IMG/VR virus record: IMGVR_UViG_3300025133_000099
Location: 1-63,511 of that record
Source: a virus
Taxonomy: Duplodnaviria; Caudoviricetes
Direction: 5' to 3' (one strand)
DNA: 63,511 nucleotides
A program made the position numbers and the translations under genes. Below are positions 1 through 8,886 of the stretch, in pieces (the first letter of the stretch is position 1; each line of letters opens with the position of its first letter). A model generated the notes under the pieces. It was not told the DNA's origin and did no database searches. It saw nothing but the letters and a program-made list of their open reading frames with translations.

Positions 1-716
1 AGGAGCATTTCGTTGGCGTACAGCGCCGATCTGGACGCTTCGTAGTGCGTGCCTATGCCCATCGCTTGCCGACGCTGTTGGCGGTCGAGTGCAAGTGTGT
101 GGCCTACGTCTCGGCATGCGTACTCGCCCTCAAGACCGACAGGTATTTCCGCGTGACCAAGCTCATCGAGGTATGCCCGTCGGGATTGTCGTCTCTCTTT
201 TGCCCGCGACTTTATCCAGTCTTCGACGGCGTCTTTCATTTCCAGTGAGTCACCGTAGGGCGACACGCCTAAAGCCATGACCACCTTCTCAAGCTGCTTA
301 GGCTGAAGCTCGTCGATCAAATACGCCTGAATCATCGTGTCGTGTAGCTGCGTCCAGCGTGGGACTTCCCAGCCGCCTGCGCGTGCCATGTTGATGTCAA
401 ACTTCAGGTTGTGCCCGACAAGGCTGCGAGCGCCTTTGAGCGCGTCTCTGAAGGCTGCACGCGCATTGTCTGGGTCTGCTTGGATCTCTGCGGTTCTGTG
501 CTCAACAGGGACGTACCAGCAGCGCGGCCTATCGCCGTTCCAGTAGCCTATGGAGAAACCTATGGGTAGTTGCCGATCCCAGTAGCGCAAGCCGCTTGTT
601 TCAAAGTCGAATCCAACGTCGGTAGCTGATTGCAACTCGCGCACCATCGCGGATAGCTCGTCAGGCGTATGGATAATGTGGTGACCGTCGCTCAATCTCG
701 GTGGCGCAACCATCAT
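1..716 (-). CDS. polA: Family A DNA polymerase, N-terminal 3'-5' exonuclease domain (runs off the left edge; not in the ORF track)
   Basis: My translation from ATG at 716 gives MMVAPPRL...VGFDFETSGL (ExoI)...LVGHNLKFD (ExoII)...HDTMIQAYLIDE...EYACRD (ExoIII). The frame is open to the edge, and the start overlaps the upstream stop (ATGA). Confidence 0.85.
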   Translation of the reverse strand, partial: MMVAPPRLSDGHHIIHTPDELSAMVRELQSATDVGFDFETSGLRYWDRQLPIGFSIGYWNGDRPRCWYVPVEHRTAEIQADPDNARAAFRDALKGARSLVGHNLKFDINMARAGGWEVPRWTQLHDTMIQAYLIDELQPKQLEKVVMALGVSPYGDSLEMKDAVEDWIKSRAKERRQSRRAYLDELGHAEIPVGLEGEYACRDVGHTLALDRQQRRQAMGIGTHYEASRSALYANEML

Positions 717-1069
717 GCTTCACCGCCGCGTATCCAGCCCAGCAGGGTGCCTCTGTACCCGTCGTCACCCATTGAGGCTGACAGGTGGTCTGGTGTCACC
801 TCAAGAACGCCTGAGCGTCCAGTAAGGTGCCCTACCAGTGATACTTCGACACCGTTGACGATCAAACGGATTTCACCAACAGGGTGTTCCCCGTCGTCGG
901 CTGCGAAAAGTGACAATGAGAACGTCCCAGCGGCAAGCAGTTTGTCCTCGCGTGGTGGAGCAGAACTCGACGACAATCCGCGCATGTCGAGAGATAGCGC
1001 CTGCTTGTCGCGAATGTCTTGACGGTCGATCTTCAAGTCGCCGTATTTCGTGCTGAGTATGTCTTTCAT
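713..1069 (-). CDS. Hypothetical protein (~118 aa, likely start MKDILSTK)
   Basis: AGGAG RBS at 1076-1080; ATGA coupling at both ends. Confidence 0.6.
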   Translation of the reverse strand: MKDILSTKYGDLKIDRQDIRDKQALSLDMRGLSSSSAPPREDKLLAAGTFSLSLFAADDGEHPVGEIRLIVNGVEVSLVGHLTGRSGVLEVTPDHLSASMGDDGYRGTLLGWIRGGEA

Positions 1070-1392
1070 CTTCGTCTCCTGCGTAGCTTGAAAAACCTGT
1101 TTCCTGATAGGCTCGCGTTTCCTGTTATTTTTCGTGCTACCGCTGACAATGTCTTGTATCTTTCGCCTTCGTAGATGTACCGCCACCAGCCCTTGTGCAT
1201 CTGCTGCGAGCCTGTGGGTTCGACGACGCTGACTGTGTACTCCTGACCATTCCAAGTCGTGCGTAGAACTGCCCCAGGAGCCAAGTCGATAGACGAATAG
1301 TCGACAGGTTGACCCGCCAGCATGTCGGTCACATCGACAGGTTCAGGAACGATTTTCGTTATGAAGAACTCAGGGCGAATGTCATGCTTCAT
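1066..1392 (-). CDS. DUF2924-like protein (likely start MKHDIRPE)
   Basis: PGAVLRTTWNGQEYTVSV...YEGERYKTLSAVARKITG...SGNRFFKL matches the DUF2924 pattern as I recall it; ATGA overlap with the upstream gene. Confidence 0.75.
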   Translation of the reverse strand: MKHDIRPEFFITKIVPEPVDVTDMLAGQPVDYSSIDLAPGAVLRTTWNGQEYTVSVVEPTGSQQMHKGWWRYIYEGERYKTLSAVARKITGNASLSGNRFFKLRRRRR

Positions 1393-1874
1393 GTTTTCGG
1401 CGGCCTTGCCCGCTTTCTCTTCTTCTCTTTGACAGGCTCCAAGGCTTCCAGCAGCGTGTCGACCACAATGCGCGGCGCTCCAAGCGGGTACAGCGTCTCC
1501 CCAGCCTTCAAGCGTGCGAGATACCCGTCGTCGATCTGCCAGCAGCGAGGCGCGAAAACACACCCACCACACAGCATTGTCGTCGGGTCGTACTCACCTC
1601 CAAAGCAGCGAGGCGCGTGTTCCACGGTTTCCGCACTGATACTGTTCGATTCAAGCAGTGTCTGGGCTTCTACTTCGGTGATCGGCTGCTGGTCTTGAAA
1701 CGCAGAAAGCCCCGCAGCTTCCAACTCTTGACGGGATTCGTCAGTCGCTGGTATAGCTGCGAGGCTTGGCAGTCGAGGATCGACTTGCTTTTTGGACATC
1801 AAACGGGAAAAATCCCGCTTGCCTTCACGGGACAACCCTTTGGCGATCCCACTTTTTGGAGCGTTGTCGGACAT
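1389..1874 (-). CDS. Hypothetical protein with Cys cluster (CFG...CGGC...RC), possible metal binding
   Basis: ORF packed into the operon; four-Cys motif. Confidence 0.6.
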   Translation of the reverse strand: MSDNAPKSGIAKGLSREGKRDFSRLMSKKQVDPRLPSLAAIPATDESRQELEAAGLSAFQDQQPITEVEAQTLLESNSISAETVEHAPRCFGGEYDPTTMLCGGCVFAPRCWQIDDGYLARLKAGETLYPLGAPRIVVDTLLEALEPVKEKKRKRARPPKT

Positions 1875-2487
1875 TATGCAAGACCTCTGGTGTGAGCATT
1901 TCTGCGTCTTGCATTTTCTCTATGCCGCACCGAGCCAAAAACTCCCTTGCTTTTTTCCGTGTGATGGAGATGTCGTTGTGAATACGCTTTGCTGTGATGC
2001 CCATGTCGACTGCGAGATCGACAAGCTTGTGACCTTCTGCCTTTGCCTTCATGACTGCATAGCTCTTTGGTGAAACAACGACTTCCACCGCTTTCGCCAC
2101 CTTGAAAAGTGCAACCTGTCGATTCTGGTCTTCAACGGGATTGTCGTCTACCATTAGCTGTGGAACTTCTCCGACATCGTCGATGTAGTCAGGCAATCGA
2201 CCGACTCGGTCTTGGGCCGTTTTACAGCTACGCCAAATCTTCAACTGGGCGCACCTCAGAGCGTGATTTATGAACCGTGAAGGCGGCTTGTCACTGTGCC
2301 CCTCAGCCCATGTCCTGCACGCCTTCACCACCTCAATCTGAAGCGTCTGGACTACGTCCTCAGTCGTCAAACCAGCATTTGCCAGCCCAAAAGTACGGCG
2401 TGCCATCGCTTCGCATTTACTCCGCGTCTCTGCCACCACAACGGCCTCCCAGCCTGACGGCTGAGAGGCTGATCTATATTCAGTCAT
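1825..2487 (-). CDS. RNA polymerase sigma-70 family (ECF-like) factor
   Basis: Region 2-like TTEDVVQTLQIEVVKACRTW...RFINHALR; region 4-like HTH EGHKLVDLAVDMGITAKRIHNDISITRKKAREFL. Confidence 0.75.
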   Translation of the reverse strand: MTEYRSASQPSGWEAVVVAETRSKCEAMARRTFGLANAGLTTEDVVQTLQIEVVKACRTWAEGHSDKPPSRFINHALRCAQLKIWRSCKTAQDRVGRLPDYIDDVGEVPQLMVDDNPVEDQNRQVALFKVAKAVEVVVSPKSYAVMKAKAEGHKLVDLAVDMGITAKRIHNDISITRKKAREFLARCGIEKMQDAEMLTPEVLHNVRQRSKKWDRQRVVP

Positions 2488-4634
2488 CTTCCTGCTCCCA
2501 CTGCTTTTCGACTATACCCATTTGAGCGAATCAGCAACCCTGTAAGTTGCTTCAATACCGCGTCAGATAGACCGTCTGCATTGGACAACAGGACGTTTCC
2601 GCTTGCTGCTCGGTTGCGCGTGGGTGCTACGTCTGGGTAGTAGGTCGCGAATGTTTCTGCATCGCGAATCTTGACCCCGATCCCGTAGACCTCAATCCCA
2701 GCGCGACAGACGCGATCAACAGTCTTTCGGAGGTACACGCCCTCAAGCTTGTGATCATCGGCCCCTGCTGGCAATCCGTCTGCAACAACCATGATTACAA
2801 TGCGATCAGCGTCACCTGCTTGCGCCGTGGCGTACTTCGCAGCTTCAAGAAGGCTCTCACCGTCAAGATTTGCACCAATCCCAGTAATCCGTGAGATAGC
2901 AGAACCATCGTCAGACAATCCAGGGGCTGAGACGAACTCCAACGTACAAAGCGCACTTGTCACTCGACTCCATTTCGGGATGTCGGTGTCTTTGTACGTC
3001 TCGTGCCTATCAGCGCGTACTTGGTGGTACTCAGCGTTAGTCAGTTTGTCACTGTCGATGCCCACAGACGTATATCCAAGGACAGCATGCGGCACCTGAC
3101 ACATCCTCAGCGCGTCATGCAGAACAGTTGCAGTCATCGCCGCGTAGCTCGCTTTGCTTCCAAGTGTCGGAACCAGCGTTTTACCACACAGTTCTTCGAG
3201 GTATCGGCTTTTCTTCTTACCGCACTTTGTCGCAGTCTTAGCAGATGACTGGCCATGAACTGGGCAGGATTTCGTCGAGATCCTGTTGGTTCCCATTGAT
3301 CCTGAGCAGTCAACAAGCACGCACACGAACGTGGATTCGTCCAAACGCTTGAACTTTCTACGGAAAATACGATTGTCGTCGGAACCAATGGCAAGCATCG
3401 GAAGCGAATCAGGGTCGATGTCGTCACCTTCATCAAGGCCACCTACCCACATCGTCTCTTTCATCGACTTCACCGCACAACGCATCTGGTTCGCCAGCTT
3501 CACGACCGCTGGGCCTGCTGCATCGCGCAACGTGCGCGTGTGCTTCTTGGCCTGCTTCCGTTCTTCAGGCGAGAACTTGCGCCACTCATCCGATTTGCGC
3601 GTAGCTGGGTGAATCGTGTACGGACGGTTGTTGACATCTTGGCAGAACTTACTGCTGACGACATCTGCTGCCGAATCGGGTTCGCCCCATTCATCGTCCT
3701 CGTCGATGATGCTTTTCACCATGCTCCTGCCAGCTTTCGTCAGCAAGTCCTCATCCTCATCCTCATCCTCATCCTCATCCTCGTCCTCGTCCTCATCCTC
3801 ATCCTCGTCCTCATCCTCGTCCTCATCGTCAGCAGATGGATTGTCGTCTGCATCGTCTTCTTCGTCGTCATCAGGCGGAGTCTCGTACTCGGTAGAAGCA
3901 CTACCCTTTTCACCCTTTTTAGTCTTAGAACGACGGCCTTCCTCAGCTTTTTCTTCTTCTGCCAACTCAGTGAGCCGTGCCCAAACAGCTTCCGCAGCTT
4001 CAGTAGCTTCGGCAGTGGTTTCTGCGTCCCAGCCCTGCTCGATTTGTAGACGACAATCCTCCATCAATGCACGAATGTCTGGGTCAATGTCAGCCATCGA
4101 CACAAAGCCGCTGTAAACACGCAATATCGCCTGTGTGAACGCGCCAAAGGCACCAATAGGGCTTCCGCCCTTTCCACAGAACTGAGGGTGGCACGGCGCT
4201 GCTCCGCCTGTGTCTCGGATGACCACCTCATTCATTGTCGCCAAGTGCTTTGCTGCCCCTGGATTCCGCGCACCGTAAGCACGCTCGATCCAAGCATCTT
4301 CAAAGACATTTGTAAGCCTCATCAGCTTGCCACTGTCGCACTGGCCGTGGCGAGACTTCCATTCTGCCAGCTTGTCGTCGATTAGCCCGCAATCGCTGAA
4401 CTGGACATGAGCGCACTCGTGGTCGAGTAGCCCCCGCCAAGAGTCCAGTTGCTCTTTGGACACATCAGCACCGTCGACACTGTAAGCAGGGACATGGAGC
4501 GTCTTCGACTTCCAGTTGTAGTAGGCTCCAGTCCCGCTGGCGACGACGTTGATGTCGCTGCGTCTCAGGATTCCTTTTGCTGTTCTCTCGGCAGCGTTTT
4601 CCAAACCCGCCATTCTGTTGTTTGCTTTAGACAT
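2484..4634 (-). CDS. CobT-like protein: N-terminal HExxH domain, acidic linker, C-terminal vWA domain
   Basis: LDHECAHVQFSD and NVFEDAWIE at the N-terminus; MIDAS VLVDCSGSM and VVADGLP; GGAGG RBS before MSKANN. Confidence 0.85.
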   Translation of the reverse strand: MSKANNRMAGLENAAERTAKGILRRSDINVVASGTGAYYNWKSKTLHVPAYSVDGADVSKEQLDSWRGLLDHECAHVQFSDCGLIDDKLAEWKSRHGQCDSGKLMRLTNVFEDAWIERAYGARNPGAAKHLATMNEVVIRDTGGAAPCHPQFCGKGGSPIGAFGAFTQAILRVYSGFVSMADIDPDIRALMEDCRLQIEQGWDAETTAEATEAAEAVWARLTELAEEEKAEEGRRSKTKKGEKGSASTEYETPPDDDEEDDADDNPSADDEDEDEDEDEDEDEDEDEDEDEDEDEDLLTKAGRSMVKSIIDEDDEWGEPDSAADVVSSKFCQDVNNRPYTIHPATRKSDEWRKFSPEERKQAKKHTRTLRDAAGPAVVKLANQMRCAVKSMKETMWVGGLDEGDDIDPDSLPMLAIGSDDNRIFRRKFKRLDESTFVCVLVDCSGSMGTNRISTKSCPVHGQSSAKTATKCGKKKSRYLEELCGKTLVPTLGSKASYAAMTATVLHDALRMCQVPHAVLGYTSVGIDSDKLTNAEYHQVRADRHETYKDTDIPKWSRVTSALCTLEFVSAPGLSDDGSAISRITGIGANLDGESLLEAAKYATAQAGDADRIVIMVVADGLPAGADDHKLEGVYLRKTVDRVCRAGIEVYGIGVKIRDAETFATYYPDVAPTRNRAASGNVLLSNADGLSDAVLKQLTGLLIRSNGYSRKAVGAGR
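3748..3826. repeat. Hexamer tandem repeat (TCCTCA/TCCTCG)n encoding a poly-(DE) tract
   Basis: Seen directly; translates as DEDEDE... in the CobT-like linker. Confidence 0.9.
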
Positions 4635-5523
4635 TTGAGCCTCCATGCTCTTGATTGTTGATTGCTTCGGACGTTCCGATGTAGATAGGCGGCCCGCTTG
4701 GAGCGCCGTGCTCGTCGTCTCCGAAATACCAAATAAGGGATTTACTCAGGATTTCGGAGTCTTGTGGGACATTCGCAACGATTGTCGCGTACATGTTGTT
4801 GTTGTTTAGTATTCGCCCTGTGGCCAACACTGGCTCTGTGCCATCTCCGTAGATTTCACCCAAAGCGAACACTTCCACGAGTGCAACGGCACTCGCGGCC
4901 TTGGCCTCTTTAGCGTGAGACGACGAATGGAAAGCTCGCAGCTTCGTCTTCCCGTCGTCGGCAAGAACCTCGTTTTCGACCTTCTCTTGCATTTTCTGCT
5001 TCCGCCGCCGCCTCTTTGCCCTGCGACGGGCTGCAAAGTCGTCGGTCGACCCTCCAAACGGATTGTCGTCTGCCAACTCAGCAGTTGCTTCGGCTACGGG
5101 TTCACCAAAAGGCGAGACTGTCTCCCGCCCTTCGAGGTTCTCGATACATAGGACACCGTTGTAAACAGTCTCCCAACCATCGACACCACCTACTTCTTCC
5201 TGTACCAGACGCTTCAGCATCTTCCGCGCAGCGGCCTCGACCACGAAGGACTGGGGGTGCTCTTTACAGCGCAAAAGCGTCTCAGAATAGATGACCTCCC
5301 CGTTCTTGTCTGCGTCTGCAAGCCGTGGCAGCAGCCGATTTATTTCATCGGCTGACCTTGTCGTATAGGTTTTGAATAGGCGCGTGCCGTGTCCCACGGC
5401 TGTTTGAACAACGAACGCGCCAAATGCCTTTGTGTCTCGATGAAAAAAGCATTCGGCAACCTTGACAACGCCGCCGACACCCTCTGGTTTTAGTTTATCT
5501 ATGGTACGTTTTCGTGGTGCCAT
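4627..5523 (-). CDS. Hypothetical protein (~298 aa, likely start MAPRKRT) with Arg/Lys patch
   Basis: Start lies immediately after the AAA gene stop; contains RRRAKRRRRKQK. Confidence 0.65.
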   Translation of the reverse strand: MAPRKRTIDKLKPEGVGGVVKVAECFFHRDTKAFGAFVVQTAVGHGTRLFKTYTTRSADEINRLLPRLADADKNGEVIYSETLLRCKEHPQSFVVEAAARKMLKRLVQEEVGGVDGWETVYNGVLCIENLEGRETVSPFGEPVAEATAELADDNPFGGSTDDFAARRRAKRRRRKQKMQEKVENEVLADDGKTKLRAFHSSSHAKEAKAASAVALVEVFALGEIYGDGTEPVLATGRILNNNNMYATIVANVPQDSEILSKSLIWYFGDDEHGAPSGPPIYIGTSEAINNQEHGGSNV

Positions 5524-5524
5524 T

Positions 5525-6583
5525 TTAGTCTTCCTCGATTGCAAAGACGCGACGGATAACTTCCGAGATCGCATCGCGTTCAACACTTGATTTCTGCTTG
5601 TTTAGAAACGCAGCGGATGCCGCGTTCAGGATGTGCAAGTCGTCAGCCATCTCGTCTGCGTGTACGATGTCGCCATTCGCGTGCTGGAGTCCAGCAGCGA
5701 CCCGTCGTGCCCAGTCAATGACCATGCGTGTCGAGAAGCCTGATCCGACCTCTGACGACTCACGAATGCCGTTTGCTACGCGCACCATGCCTTCAAGATC
5801 GCCGCTGTCGATGCCTTTGACCTTGCTGGCAACGGCGCAATGCTCATCTTTTTCGGCCATATAGCCGACTTCGATCAGACTACCGAAACGGTCAAGCAAG
5901 GCGCTGTTCACATCAGGATTCGTCCCGCTATACTCAAAACGTGCTTCCTCCATTGCCGCGCCGATGGTGTTGTCCGTGGCAAAGATTCTAAAATCTTTAT
6001 GGCGGCGAACGTACCTTGGAGGCTGTGCATCTTCGAGCAGGACAGCGCCTGTCGGTTCCAAGATCGGAAACAGTGACAGCGCCACTGGTGGTGTTGCACC
6101 GCTGACTTCGTCCAACAGCAGCCAGCCGCCAGCTTCCATCGCCATCGTCGCGATTCCAGGGACGTAGATTGTCTTCCCGTTCTGCGCTCCAACGCGACCT
6201 TTCAGGTGGCGTACCGTCGTGCCGACATTCAGGTTCGTGCGGAACACTGGCACATTGCAGCGAGCAGCGATCTGAATGACCAACGATGTCTTGCCAGAAC
6301 CTTTCGGGCCTGTCAGCAGACAAGGTGTCCAGTCGCCTTGATCGTGCGGCCATACGGCCCATGCGAACTCGCGAACCATCTCTGCACGAAAGACGTAAGA
6401 GGGGTCGATCTCTGGGACGGCTGCGCGTTCAAGCTCATCGCCTGCGGCATTGAAATAGCTCGCTCGGAACAAACGAACGTCGATGCCGTCAATCTGGAAG
6501 GGCGTCCACTTTGTTTCGACGATCTTATTGTCGTCTGGTGTTGTAGGGGTTTTTGCTTTCGGGGGTGATTTACGAGTTGCCAT
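5525..6583 (-). CDS. MoxR-clade AAA+ ATPase (CobS/CbbQ/NirQ-like)
   Basis: Walker A GPKGSGKT, Walker B LLLDE, FATDNT, ALLDRF, GFSTR; N-terminal VPEIDPSYVF is typical of CobS-like proteins. Confidence 0.9.
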   Translation of the reverse strand: MATRKSPPKAKTPTTPDDNKIVETKWTPFQIDGIDVRLFRASYFNAAGDELERAAVPEIDPSYVFRAEMVREFAWAVWPHDQGDWTPCLLTGPKGSGKTSLVIQIAARCNVPVFRTNLNVGTTVRHLKGRVGAQNGKTIYVPGIATMAMEAGGWLLLDEVSGATPPVALSLFPILEPTGAVLLEDAQPPRYVRRHKDFRIFATDNTIGAAMEEARFEYSGTNPDVNSALLDRFGSLIEVGYMAEKDEHCAVASKVKGIDSGDLEGMVRVANGIRESSEVGSGFSTRMVIDWARRVAAGLQHANGDIVHADEMADDLHILNAASAAFLNKQKSSVERDAISEVIRRVFAIEED

Positions 6584-6725
6584 TTTGTTGTGCCTCCATG
6601 CACTGAGTTGTTGGTCGCATCGAGGATTCGATAGCGACGATGTTGCTGGTGAAGGGAAAGGGACTTCCCTTCACCAACTATACGAAAACGACAATCAGCT
6701 TTAGTGCCATTGTCGTCTAAGATTT

Positions 6726-7784
6726 TTACCAATCGAGATCGGTACAAGCATCGGCCTTTTTCGGGCCAGCCGAAAGACGCCTTTCAACGTCCCTAACCAT
6801 CGTTTTGTTGTAGCCGTACACCGAGTCATAGCCGATATTACGGTCTTTGAAATAGGCAACCCGATTGCGTTCTCCAATCTCCAAAACCGCTGCGTGTTTT
6901 ACCAGCCAGTCGTCCCAGAACTTCTGAATGAGCCTCGTCGGATCATTCGCGAGTGCCTTTTCGTACTCGACCCGCATGCTGCGGATCTCCCGTAAAAGTC
7001 GACCGTCAGCCGTCCAGCGTAGGTGCTCGCCATCGGAATCCTTCACGGAGTTCCACACCTCGTAGCTTCGCTGCGCGGTCAAGCACCCATTCTTGTCGTA
7101 ATACTTCACGACTGCGCGACACTGCTTTCCGACCGACCGCTGGAGATCCCGCCAACCGTAGTATCCCCCCGCCACATGCTGAGACAGGTTCCAGCTTAGG
7201 TGGGCTTTGCAGAGACGCGCACCTTCGCGGATTTCGTCAATGACGGCTTCGTGGTCAGGGTGCAGCTTCAGCCAAGCTGCGCTTGACTGCTTGCGCTTCG
7301 ATCCTGTCATGACCTTTCGGAGAAGGGTCAAAGCCTTCTCCGCTGTGGCCTCGCCATCGACGACAATCCCGTATTTCTGGATGCAGGTTGAGCCTGTCCA
7401 GATGGTGTTGCCATTTGAGTTTTCCAGGGGGAACTCAAATCGGTTGTGCTTATGCCCGCACAGACGACAATCGACTGAGTGGACGCCACTCATGTGCCAA
7501 TCTCGGAAATCGGCGCGTGAGTAGGGATACGCCCAATCGCGCATTTTGCTGGTGTCGACTTCCCACTCAGCCAGAGCCTTTTGGCACAAGTCGTCGTCGA
7601 CATGGCCGTAGATTTGCTGAAGCTCAGGGTCTGTCAGGCGCGATTGCTTCCAATCGACGGCGATTAGCTTTTCGATTGCCATTCGCAAATCTGGTGGCGT
7701 GGCAGTCGATTTGTGCAGGATGTTGAGAGTTACGCGGAAAGAATGATTATCCGCTGGGACGTTGTTGATTGTTGCAATAGCCAT
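6726..7784 (-). CDS. Hypothetical protein with putative Zn-binding motif
   Basis: CRLCGHKH...TGSTCI; GGAGG RBS before MAIATIN. Confidence 0.65.
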   Translation of the reverse strand: MAIATINNVPADNHSFRVTLNILHKSTATPPDLRMAIEKLIAVDWKQSRLTDPELQQIYGHVDDDLCQKALAEWEVDTSKMRDWAYPYSRADFRDWHMSGVHSVDCRLCGHKHNRFEFPLENSNGNTIWTGSTCIQKYGIVVDGEATAEKALTLLRKVMTGSKRKQSSAAWLKLHPDHEAVIDEIREGARLCKAHLSWNLSQHVAGGYYGWRDLQRSVGKQCRAVVKYYDKNGCLTAQRSYEVWNSVKDSDGEHLRWTADGRLLREIRSMRVEYEKALANDPTRLIQKFWDDWLVKHAAVLEIGERNRVAYFKDRNIGYDSVYGYNKTMVRDVERRLSAGPKKADACTDLDW

Positions 7785-7801
7785 GTGAGCCTCCATGCTC
7801 T

Positions 7802-7835
7802 AAAAGAAAGCCCTACCCCCATGGCGGAGGGTAGG
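7802..7835 (-). terminator. Putative intrinsic terminator
   Basis: Minus strand reads CCTACCCTC-CGCCAT-GGGGGTAGG followed by GCTTTCTTTT. Confidence 0.55.
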
Positions 7836-7860
7836 ACGGGATACCACCGTCGCGGTATTA

Positions 7861-8610
7861 TTAGGAAAGGCGAAAGAATCGCTTGATCGTCATCTTGTGG
7901 TGTTTGGTGTCCATCGGCAGCGCCAACAGGTTCTTGAACATGATGCTTGCTGTTTGCCAGTGGTCATCTGTCTTTACGTCTTTCCGCATTCCTGCGAAAT
8001 ACTCCAAGGTGTAGCTTCCATCGTCGTTGCAGCGAACGCGGTATTCACAGCGCCCCCAACAAGTGCCGTCAGCCTGCGTTTTGTGGTTTTTCACGACCAC
8101 CAGCAGCCTCCCAGCCTCCCAGCCGCTGACTTCGTCGGGCTGCTTACAGCCTGCGCCTTCACGCAGCTTGGCTGCACGCTTCCGCTTGCGCTTCCGCGTA
8201 CCTGTCGCTGACGTTGTGGGATTGTCGTCTGCTTCGACAACTTCCGACGTACCCGTGAGATCACCAACGATCTCGGAGCCAAGCTCAGAACCAAGCTCAG
8301 AACCAAGCTCAACGTCGTCAGCTTCCTCAGCTTCCTCAGCTTCCTCAGCTTCCTCAGCTTCGACTTGCTGCACCCCTGCGATACTGCAAAAATACGCAAA
8401 CCAGTCTGCATCTTCAGGGTCGTCGAACTCTACGGTACTGCTGACCGTGAAGCCTTTGAAATCTTGCCGAATGTCAGATTCTGGCCAAACGCCATCGTCA
8501 TCAACGTGGTACTGCGTAGATGTGCCTCCTTTGAAGCCGATACGCATTGATTCGACATTGACTTCGTCGTCTGCTATTCCGCAACCAAATGTTGTTATCA
8601 TTTTAGTCAT
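7861..8610 (-). CDS. Hypothetical protein with low-complexity EAE/ELGS repeats, a basic patch and a C-terminal domain ending RFFRL
   Basis: GGAGG RBS before MTKMIT; 9-nt and 12-nt tandem repeats at about 8279-8360. Confidence 0.65.
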   Translation of the reverse strand: MTKMITTFGCGIADDEVNVESMRIGFKGGTSTQYHVDDDGVWPESDIRQDFKGFTVSSTVEFDDPEDADWFAYFCSIAGVQQVEAEEAEEAEEAEEADDVELGSELGSELGSEIVGDLTGTSEVVEADDNPTTSATGTRKRKRKRAAKLREGAGCKQPDEVSGWEAGRLLVVVKNHKTQADGTCWGRCEYRVRCNDDGSYTLEYFAGMRKDVKTDDHWQTASIMFKNLLALPMDTKHHKMTIKRFFRLS

Positions 8611-8611
8611 T

Positions 8612-8854
8612 TTAGCCTCCTGCTTGTTCAAGATTTGACCATGTCAAATCGGTTGAAGGAACCCAGCCGTGGGTTCCTTTCGATTGTTCGTCCCAGACTA
8701 CAAGCCAACGGACTCGGCCTGACGCGGCTTGATCCGATTGCACGCAGCTACCACTACCGTGTACGGCGTGAAAGCAGCGCATAGCGTTCGCTGGAACTGC
8801 TGGGACTTCAGGTGTCGGTTGTACGACAACTGAAGATCGTTTTTGAGCATCCAT
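8612..8854 (-). CDS. Small hypothetical protein, possibly SH3-like (HGSGSCV...LVVWD...GWVPSTDL)
   Basis: AGGAG RBS at 8861-8865. Confidence 0.55.
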   Translation of the reverse strand: MDAQKRSSVVVQPTPEVPAVPANAMRCFHAVHGSGSCVQSDQAASGRVRWLVVWDEQSKGTHGWVPSTDLTWSNLEQAGG

Positions 8855-8886
8855 GCTGTCCTCCTGTGCAAAGGGGATTATCCCCC

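Noticed and set aside
3540-4116. Plus-strand ORFs with poly-Ser or poly-(IL) tracts
   Set aside because: They are antisense shadows of the poly-DE repeat in the CobT-like gene.
2484-6583. Cobalamin-synthesis auxiliary metabolic genes
   Set aside because: There is no CobN or other pathway gene; phage CobS/CobT-like pairs are better read as generic AAA/vWA chaperones.
6313-6747. 144-aa minus-strand ORF
   Set aside because: It overlaps the AAA ATPase by about 270 nt out of frame, has a TTG start and no clear RBS.
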